Shown piece after piece: positions 48,401-56,952 of a stretch of DNA of 56,952 nt; within the stretch, counting starts at the first letter, position 1; each line of letters starts with the position of its first letter. The stretch covers positions 1,242,001 through 1,298,952 of the forward strand of contig MU054117.1 of NCBI GenBank assembly GCA_013239625.1, read 5' to 3'. Source of the stretch: Lama guanicoe (Eukaryota). Both the position numbers and the translations under genes were made by a program. Below the pieces are notes generated by a model that did not search any database, was not told the DNA's origin, and worked only from the letters and a program-made list of their open reading frames with translations.

Positions 48401-49830
48401 TGCTCCGGTGCCTGGTACCCAGAACTGACCAGGCAGCCTCCCGTGTGGGGGCCCCGAGCTGGGGCTGAGGAGTCAGAGATGGGCAGTGACCTGTCCCCTT
48501 GCAGCTCCCAGTGTGGCTGCTGGTCTGGTCCCCAAGCAGCAGCGCTCTCTGTGAATCGCTGTCTCAGTGGGGGTGGGCGGCGGTACCACGCAGGTTATGG
48601 AGACGAGGGAGGCCAGACTCTGTCCCTCAGCTGCTCACGCCTGATTGAAAAGGTAAAAGAGCCACATCACCGGATGGCTCTGGCCAACCACGTGACCCTG
48701 GGGACGGTAACACAGAGCCCCACTCTGCGCGAGGAGAACCCGGAGGCTGGGTGGGACTCGTGCCTCGCGAGCCTGGCTGGGCCTCAGATCTCTCGGAGCT
48801 TTCCAAGGTGCAGCGTGCGTGCAGCCCCAGGACACGGACGCACAGCGGGCGAGGGGACCGTCAGAGGTGGTGGAGCAGGGCCTGGACTGCTCGTCCTCAG
48901 GGCTGCAGGGTTAACCAGCTGGGGTGTACCCAGGGGTGCCTGGACCCCCCTCTTTACTCCTAAATACTCACTGAGTAGTCAACGAGGTGCTGGGGGAAGA
49001 GGCAAAAAGAGGGGCTCCTGGGGACAGGGGTGGGGTGACGTGTTAGGAAATGTATGCTCAGCCCCAGACGCACGAACTTCTCAGGGAGAGGCCCCCAGGG
49101 GCAGCTGGGACGCAGAAGGGACGCTCGGGAGAGAAGTCTGGGTGAAGACGTGTCGGGAAGTCCACCCAGAGATGATAGACCGGATGCAGTTAGAAAAGGT
49201 TACGTAGGAAAAGAAAACAGAGCTAAAGGCAGACCTGCTGTGATTTAGGGTCTCGGGAAAGAACAGAGGAGAGGAGGTGGACAAGAGGGTGACCCGGGAG
49301 GCGGGGAGGGGGGTCCAAGGAGGAGGACATGGCTGCAGGACACAGACGGGGACGGGACGCAGGTGTGACATGCTTCCTTCTTCCCTTCCTTCCTTTCTTT
49401 TTTTTTAACATAAATCCATGACAAGTCTTGAAAGGTTGGAAATAGAGTGGCTTTTGAATTTCTTAAATTCACAAAAAGGTTTTTTTTGTGGGGAAAAAAA
49501 TGTGTTACCGTCTCTGTTAAATCATCTGGTGGCAGATTCTGCCTCCCTCACGTCGCAGTGGAGAGCGCTCGGGGAGGGACAGGTCTGCAGCTGTTTCACC
49601 CAGAAGATCAGGTCCAGGTGAAGAGCCGGGCTCTGACTCAGGCAGATATTCAAGTCAAAGCGCCAGACGGTTTACCCGTTTATTCATTCCTTCGACACAG
49701 GACAGACCACCTGGCACTGCCCATGAAGCACAGAGATAGTAAGTAAAGCCATTAAGGAGCTGGCGTCAAGCAAGGAAGACAGACACACTGACAGGCAGTT
49801 CGAAAAAATGCTCAAGACTTAACAAGAGAA

Positions 49831-50220
49831 CCTTAAACAGCAGGAGTGCTCCACGGATGGACGCCCGGGGGAACCCAGCGCGAGCGGCCCGCAGTGAGCC
49901 TGAGGGCGGTGTGCGCAGCGACATGAGCCAGGTGCGGGAGGACGAACCGCCCCCGCCCCGATCCCATGGCGCCGAGGCCCCCAGAACAGGCAGGTCCACA
50001 CCGATGGGAAGCGGAGAGCGGCTGCCAGCGGCTGGGGGAGGGTGGGGAGTCACAGCTCAACAGGGTCAGGGGTTCAGTTTGGGAAGATGAGGAAGTTCTT
50101 GAAACGGATGGTGACGGGGGTTGCATGACAACGTGAATGCACTTATAGCCACAGCTCCGTGCACTTAAAGACGGTTGCAGTGGTAAAGGCTACGTTCTGT
50201 ACACTGTCCCACAGTAAAAC
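49831..50220 (+). mobile_element. L1MB 3' end, heavily GC-shifted
   Basis: TTCAGTTTGGGAAGATGAGGAAGTTCTTGAAACGGATGGTGACGG...GTGCACTTAAAGACGGTT is colinear with the recalled L1MB consensus. Confidence 0.85.
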
Positions 50221-51291
50221 CCCACAGTAACGCGTGTGAAGCCATCAGGTAGTTGAATGCGCTGAAGGTCTTTTCCCAGGAGCCCCTGTCGGGGGGACGG
50301 CTACGTTCTCAGCTTCTCTGCCGGGCAGAAGACAGCCCAGTTTCTGTGCCCCAATTTGAGATCGAGCAGCCGCCCACGGAGCGAGCCCCGTGGAGGCCTT
50401 TCTGACGGTGACTCACGGGGACCGAGCTCTCACCCTGCACAATCAGGCGGCAGACAAAGCCGACACAGCGCTCCGTCCCCAGGAGGGAGGGCCCCCGCGG
50501 CGGGACCTCTCCGCAGGAGACCGGCGCCCACCTCAAGCAGGTGCGTGGTCCTTTCACTGAAGCTGCGCGTCCCCACCGACGCTAACGATTAACACCGGTC
50601 AAACAACTGAGCTCGGAACCGCCTTCTAATCCTGAGAGAAGGTGAGACTTCAGACCAAAGTCATGGAGCGAGACCGGTCCAAGCCGCTATGCCACACGCT
50701 ACGGATCTGCTAGTTTTTATCGCAGTTAATCAGCGTTTGCCTCTTTGAAAGTAAACTTTGGGTTTTACTTGATTCCACGCTCCCCTTCAGGAGTGTGAGA
50801 AGGTAGGAACAAGAAATGGGGGGAGGAGCACTGAGAAGTCTATCACCCGAGAGAACTGCGATGAGCACGTTGCCACTGCAGCTGGAACCTGTCCCCCGCT
50901 CAGCTTTCTAGAGTTCAGCCCCGGCGTGGGGCTGACCACGCTCCCCAGTTACAAACGGCAGAGTGGGATCTGGAGGGAAGGGGCGGGCCTCTCCCGGCGC
51001 CGCACCATCCGTCTGCAGGGAAGGCAGAACTCAGCTCGGCTTGGCTGTCCGAGCGTCTCCGCCACTCCAGGAGCTCTCTGGACAACGAGAGCCGTCGCCT
51101 ACTGCAGCCAGAGCCCCTGGCTGAAAACGCAGCCTCCTCTGAGATGGTTTCCGTTGTTCAGATGTTTGAGAGACAGCCAGAGCCTGGCCGGGGCACCGAG
51201 CGAACATCTGGGTGACGGGTTGGCCAGAGAACCACCCAGCAGCTGGAGGCCACGTGGGCGCTGAGCCCGCCAGCCCGCAGGGCCTCCCCGC

Positions 51292-51340
51292 GCCCCTCCA
51301 CCTCCCTGCATCTCCCTGCACCTCCCTGCACGTCTCCACC
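51292..51340. repeat. 10-bp tandem repeat (CCTCCCTGCA), about 3-4 copies
   Basis: Direct reading. Confidence 0.75.
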
Positions 51341-53039
51341 TTTAAGGCCTCCCAGCCCCTCCTCTGCCAGCTCACAGCCTCGCAGGGGCAGGTCATCCCT
51401 TTCACAGATGCCCCAGGGCAGCTCTGGTGCCCCAGGCACAGCCACCCACGGAAAGAGGCCTCTGCCCTCCAGGGCCGAGTCTCGTGTGGGACAAACTCAG
51501 CCAAGCGGTTGAAGGAAGGTGGCGTCTTGGGCGTAGGGTTCCGGTGTGCGAGTGTCCCTGGGGGCTTGGAGGAGAAGGCAGGGCTGCGGGGAGGCGTGGA
51601 GGCGCCCGGTGTGAGGCGGGCAGTGGATGAGAGTCAGCAGGGCCACGGGCCAGGGGCTCCCCCGGGGCTCGCCGGGCTTGCGTGTCCCTAGTGAGGTGGC
51701 TTCAGCAGGCTCCCAGCCCACTGGACCCTGCACTGACTCCTGCGTCCGGCTGGGACGCTCAAAGGGGCGGCCCTTGGCCTGCTCGGGGCAGAGCTGAGGC
51801 CACTGCCCAGTGTGCTGTCAAAGGCGCACAGGCATCTCCGAGGTGTCACCACGTGTGGATGCCCGGTCCCTGCTCATTGCCCCCGCCCCGCCATGGCACC
51901 GCCCAGACCCTGCGCTGCTCCGACTGGCTCTACAGGCAGGCGGGCTGGGACTCCCTTCTGGGGGCTCACCCTGCCTCTGAACGCGGCCCAGTTCTGGGCT
52001 GCAGAAAAAAGTCTTTAATTTGGTTGAAACAAGCATTTCTCCACCGTATTTGATCACACAATGCTTCTTCCTCCAAATACCTATTAACCTGGAGGGAGGA
52101 ACACATGTAGGAAACACGTGCAGGCTTAGGCCACGTTCAGCCAACCTGCAGCCCTGAAAGACACCACTCAGTGGGCGGGGACAGCCACCCGGCCGTCACA
52201 ATCCTTCACAAGTATCCAGTCCCAGGAAGCCACCATCCGCCACTAAAGGCGACACTCCAGCATGCCTTCTACCACAGCTGAACAACTCGGAGAGCCTCTG
52301 CAAATTTCAGTGCTGCCAGACAAACACACACAGTGACGTAGCTGTCACTGCCTCTGAAGGAGAGCGCCTGGTCACAGTCACTCATACTGCTGTCACTGAG
52401 TAATGTCCCCAGCTGGTACCGCACACACGGAGTTTAACTGCCACTTGAAATGCCTCCAAAAGAATGATTCAGACTTGAAACAGTTATTGGTACACAGAGA
52501 GGCACGGAAATCAAGCAACAGAAAGTATGTTGTATATTTGTAAATCAAATGCTTGTCCCTGAAGGAATGACCAAAATTCTGCATTTGATTGCAAACTGAT
52601 AACCAAAAGCTTCACGGGACCTAAGAAAGGAAGATATCCAGGTGACGATGGGTCACTTTTTGCTAAGATGCTTATCACAGGCCAAGCAAGGCACCCGGGG
52701 CAAGGGCAAGGGACGGCTACCTCGGAGGAGACGGGAAAAACTGCCAAGCAAGAGGCCGGCGGCAAGTTCAGTGGTCCCTGGGACCCTCTGAAAGGCGGTG
52801 TCCTAGGTAATGGGCAGTGGTTTTTTTTCTTTGCAACATAGAAAATAAAAGCACAGCATAAAACCACAGTTGTCAAGCGCGGCATCTCAGTAACTCTCGG
52901 TGTCCCCAGGCCACAACCAACACCTGCAGTTCCATTTAGTCAGTCATTAAGTCTGAACAACACGACAAGCATTTGCGCTCCAACAACGCAGAAGTCATTC
53001 GAGAAGATGAAACACGTTCACTGGAAGAAAACTATGTTT

Positions 53040-53160
53040 GCATCATTGTTCAACAGTCTCACAATAACCCCTCAAGCTGAGGCTCACAGCCCCTTTGGGG
53101 ATGAGGAAGTTGAGGGTCAGAGAAGCCCAGCGCCATCTCCAAGGTGCCAGAGCTAACCGA
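53040..53160 (-). mobile_element. MIR fragment
   Basis: TCTCACAATAACCCC...GATGAGGAAGTTGAGGGTCAGAGAAG...CCAAGGTGCCAGAGCT. Confidence 0.6.
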
Positions 53161-54789
53161 CACGCCTGCCGTGCAACGCGCGTCGCTGGGTTTCTCTTCT
53201 CCTGGAGAACAGTGTCCCTCTGGCACAGGACTGCCTCCGTCCCGTCTGCTTCGGCAGACCCTGGCATGGCATCCTGCCACAGGACAGAACCAACGCCTCC
53301 TGAATTCAGTAATCTCTCCCAAAGAACCCCTCTGTTTGGCACATTAGAGAGGATGGGGAGAAACAGGTGCCAAAGCAGGTGAATGAAAACGGTTGGTTGT
53401 AGACCCTGGACAGAGGTGGCCACGGGTCAGTGAGCGGAGACCCTCGCGTGCCCTCTGCATCCCAAGCCTGAGCGCGGGAGGGGCGACAGAAACTGTCCCC
53501 AGGGCGTGTGGCAAGGAGAAATCCGCGAGGACTCGTGGATGGAGCACGCGAGATACGCCCACAGCCCCCGCGGCTCTGAGGGGACAGCAAGCAGGGGAGC
53601 AGGGTCAGAGGTCCCCTGAGACCACGGACTCATCCGTGGGGGACATGGGGGGACGGAAAGCTCATGAAACAGGACTGAGCGGGGACACTCTGGGGCCACC
53701 GACGGGCCGTCCAGAGACCTTGCAGAAGGTCCTGGTCCTGCTCCTGCTCCTGGGGCCGTGGGTCTCCTACTGCCCGTTCCAACGTGGGCAGTCGGGATAA
53801 AACAAAGGCCCCTACGGTGCCGGCCACGACGCTGGCATCTGTGCGCATGGGCGCTCCCTCTCGGCGGGGCCCAGCCAGCCGGCTCTCCCATCCAGACCTG
53901 CCAAGCCAGGACTCACCCACCTCATCCTCAACCCTCAGAGCACTCTCACCCCACACTGAGGGGCACACGGCACAGGGAGCCATGTGCCCGGGGTCTCTCA
54001 CACACACACCACCTGCCCTCGGGACACGCGTCCCGCAAGCCGCAGGGCTGCCGGCAGACGGAGAGGCCAGCCTGGCACGGAGGCCCGCCTCCCTGCCGAC
54101 CGTCGCGCCCCTGGGGCCCTGGAAACACGTTTCGGGATATTTAACAAGATGGTGCTATCCAGTTCGAACTTCGTGTTACCTCAGACCCGCCCCAGCCACC
54201 TCACAGGGGCACCGTGAGGCAGAACTACGTTAACTCCAGTCCACGTGCACTTAAAAGGTGCCCCCGGGGGCCTCTGGGGAGAAGGGGGGAGGGGTGTCCA
54301 CGACACACAAAGGTGAACGTTTCGATTCCAAAAGGGGCTCTTTTAATGTCAGAGGACTTTCACCTCAACCTTCTAAACCTGTACAAAGACACTGAGGGCA
54401 CAGAGCTCAGGTGACTGTGGCATTTGAATGTCCCGAAGGGCCCGAATGCTGACCACCGGCGCCTCACTCGGCAGCACTCCCCGTCCACAAGCCAACTGTC
54501 CCCAAGGGAAGCCCCTAGGCTTCTGCGAGCCTGCAGCCCTAATGACACCTGCCGGTGACAGTCACAGGCTTTCCTACTCACTGCACAAGAACACGTTAAG
54601 TACTCAAATAATAAGACAATTTATACGCTGCCAACCTATCGAGGCTGGGCTGGATTTTCTAACCACGCCCAGGTCACTTCCTCTGTTGACACCCAGTGCA
54701 GGATGTCTCAGAGACCCGCATCACCTCCTCGATACGTCTCAAACTTTCCCCTTCGGTGGCAGAAGCAATGCGTCCAGAAGTAAGGAACC

Positions 54790-55598
54790 CCCAAAACCCG
54801 AGAAGGTATTTGCAAAGCACTTATCTGATAAGATACTATATATTAATAACTCTTACAACTCAGTAATTAAGAGATAAATAATCCAATTTTTTAAATGGGC
54901 AAAGGACCTGAATAGACATTTCTCCAAAACAGATACACAAGTGGCCGCTAAGCATGAGACAGCAACGCCACTAGGCATCAGGGAAACGCGAATCAAAACT
55001 GCGGTGCGCCAATGCACAGAACAGGAGATGCAACACTGCAACGGCCACCTCAATGAAACACTCCGTGCCTGCCTAAGCCTGCCATGACGAACACCACCGC
55101 TGCGGCCACAACCACAGAGACGTGTTTGCTCACAGTCTGGAGGCCGGGCGTCGGACAGCAGGGTGCAGACACCGCCGAGGGCTGGGGAAGGCTCTCTGCC
55201 GGGCTTGCAGGCAGCCGCCTTCCTGCTGGGTCCTCGCAGGCAGAGGGAGAAGAGAAATACGCTCTGGCGTCTCTTCTTACAAGAGCACTAATCACATCAT
55301 GGTGGCTGCACCCTCATGACCATGGCTCACCCTGATTAACTCCAAAATGCTCCACCTGCAAACACCGCCACGTTGGGAGCTAGGGCTTCAACACATGAAT
55401 TTGAGGGGAAATGATTCAGTCCACAGCATCACCCGCCAGGACGGCTACGACAGAAAACACAGACGATAACAAGCAGTGACAATATGTGGAGACTGGAACC
55501 GCACACTGCTGGTGGCTCTGTGAAGTGGCACAGCCACTTTGAGAAATGGCCTGCCGCCTCCTCCCTAGGTTAAATGCAGGGTTACCAATGACCCAAAT
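54790..55598 (+). mobile_element. L1M ORF2 C-terminal remnant interrupted by an MLT1A LTR
   Basis: GAGAAGGTATTTGCAAAGCACTTATCTGATAAG...AAATGGGCAAAGGACCTGAATAGACATTTCTCCAAA; L1 resumes at 55429 (CACCCGCCAGGACGGCTAC). Confidence 0.88.
55066..55428 (-). mobile_element. MLT1A/A0 MaLR solo LTR
   Basis: CTCACAGTCTGGAGGC...GCACTAATC...CACCCTCATGACC...GCTTCAACACATGAATTT...ATTCAGTCCACAGCA; TG...CA ends; about 360 bp. Confidence 0.85.
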
Positions 55599-55599
55599 T

Positions 55600-56650
55600 C
55601 AAAACCAAAGATGAAACAGAAATGTGCAAGTAAATGAAGGCGGACTGAATTCGTTATCCACAGGCCTGCAGTATAGGAAATGCAGACGGGTCTCCATCAG
55701 GCTGGAAACTTGAGTCTCCAGGAAAGAATGAAGAGCATCTGAAATGGTAAATAAGAGTGTAAGAATAAAAGTGTTTTCTCTCTTCTCATAATTCACTTAA
55801 GGGACAACTGACTCCGCAAAGCAAAAGTAAGAACTCTCTAAGGAGGGGTCTATAACACATATAAAGCTAAAAGGTGTGACAGTTGGAATGATGCTCTTGT
55901 AAGTTGATCACTGTGCAGAGTACGGACTGTGGGCAGGGACTCAAAATAGACCTGACTGGTGAAGGATGCTGCAGTTCGCCCCAGGGCAACCACACACACA
56001 CACACAAACACACACACACGTCAGGGAGGGTATGAATGGAAAACAAATATCAACATGGCAACTTTAACCAAACTATATCAAAAGTTACATTAAATGATCC
56101 ACAGCTGACATCACCATGGTAAGGAATGCTGACGTTAACCCCCCCAACCCCGAAGGAAACACTGACAGAGCATCACGCCTGCAACATTCCTGCCCAAAGC
56201 GCACAGTCACGACCCGCTCGTGAGAAAACACCAGACACCCCGGACTGAGGGACGGACATTCCACAAAGGTGCACATTCGGGTGTCGAGGTCAAGGAGGAC
56301 AAGACAAACCCCGGGGCAGTGTCACGGATTGCAGGAGACTGAGAGAACAGGACAACTAAATTTCACGTGAGACTCAGGACTGGACTGGACTTGGGGCCAC
56401 AAAAAGACATCAGGGAAAAGCCGGTGAAGCCGGAAGGGCATCTGGGAAGCACATGATCACACAGGAGCGAAGTGAACTTCCTGGGCTTGGTGACTGCGCT
56501 GCGGTTACGTAAAATGTTACCACTTGGGGAAAAGGAGCTGTTTTTGCAACGTTTCTGTTAGTCGGAGAGGATTTCAGAATGAACAGGTGAAAGATGGCAT
56601 TAAATGTAAGCAGACTAAACAGGGCAATTAAAAGACAGAGACAGTCATAT
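55600..56650 (+). mobile_element. Old L1M ORF1-end/inter-ORF/ORF2-start remnant, split by an L1MC insertion
   Basis: CAAACTATATCAAAAGTTACATTAAATG continues as TAAGCAGACTAAAC...CAATTAAAAGACAGAGA after the insert. Confidence 0.65.
56097..56597 (+). mobile_element. L1MC-like 3' end nested in an older L1
   Basis: ACATTCCTGCCCAAA...GGAGACTGAGAGAACAGGACAACTAAAT...AAAAGACATCAG. TSD CATTAAATG at 56088-56096 and 56598-56606. Confidence 0.7.
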
Positions 56651-56952
56651 TAGCCAAAATTTGGAGAAACCCAAATGTCCACCCAAAGTGAATTCAGTGG
56701 TACAGACTCGGTTAAAAGGAACGAAGTAGTAGTACCTCAAACAGCAAAAGGGAAAATCTCACGCACACTCTGCTGAGCAAAACAGTCCGACACCAAAAAG
56801 CTTGAAGGAAACGCCCCTGAGAATTCCGGCATCATTCTGTCCATGTGAAATTCTGGAGCGGGCGGAACTAACCCGGAATGACGCCGGTCACGTCTGGGTT
56901 TGCGAGGGGTGCTGGCCCGGGCAGGCCGGGCGGGGGGCGGGGGTCCGGGCAG
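56650..56952 (+). mobile_element. L1MD/ME 3' region, running off the window
   Basis: TAGCCAAAATTTGGAGAAACCCAAATGTCCA...AAAAGGAACGAAGTA...AATCTCAC...GCTGAGCAAAA. Confidence 0.65.

Noticed and set aside
50600..52520. Possible ortholog of human FBXL14 exon 2 (AGAAGGTGA near 50638; GAGGCACG near 52499)
   Set aside because: Only 8-9 nt resemblances with no colinear match or convincing acceptor; cannot be supported without an alignment.

Overview
Mammalian genomic DNA, most likely a camelid, judged from seven tRNA-Ala-like Vic-1-type SINEs and cetartiodactyl-type L1 3' tails. The only supported protein-coding gene is FBXL14 (+ strand, single coding exon 24846-26048, 400 aa, F-box plus leucine-rich repeats). 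It lies in a CpG island broken by a 420-N gap and has an AT-rich 3' UTR with an AATAAA at 27537. From recalled human/mouse synteny this is the ERC1-FBXL14-WNT5B region, with WNT5B on the opposite strand, but I saw no WNT5B coding exon. The rest is GC-rich non-coding DNA with L1, L2, MIR, MER3, MER5A, MLT1A and SINE remnants. The other ORFs in the track look like GC-content artefacts or L1 debris. I found no convincing new multi-gene system. Best leads: a start-stop uORF next to a G-quadruplex upstream of FBXL14, strong patchy AT-to-GC drift in old repeats (possible GC-biased gene conversion), a duplicated 74-bp hairpin element, and several motif-dense candidate enhancers. All repeat-family calls and cross-species comparisons come from remembered consensus sequences, not database searches, and repeat boundaries are approximate.
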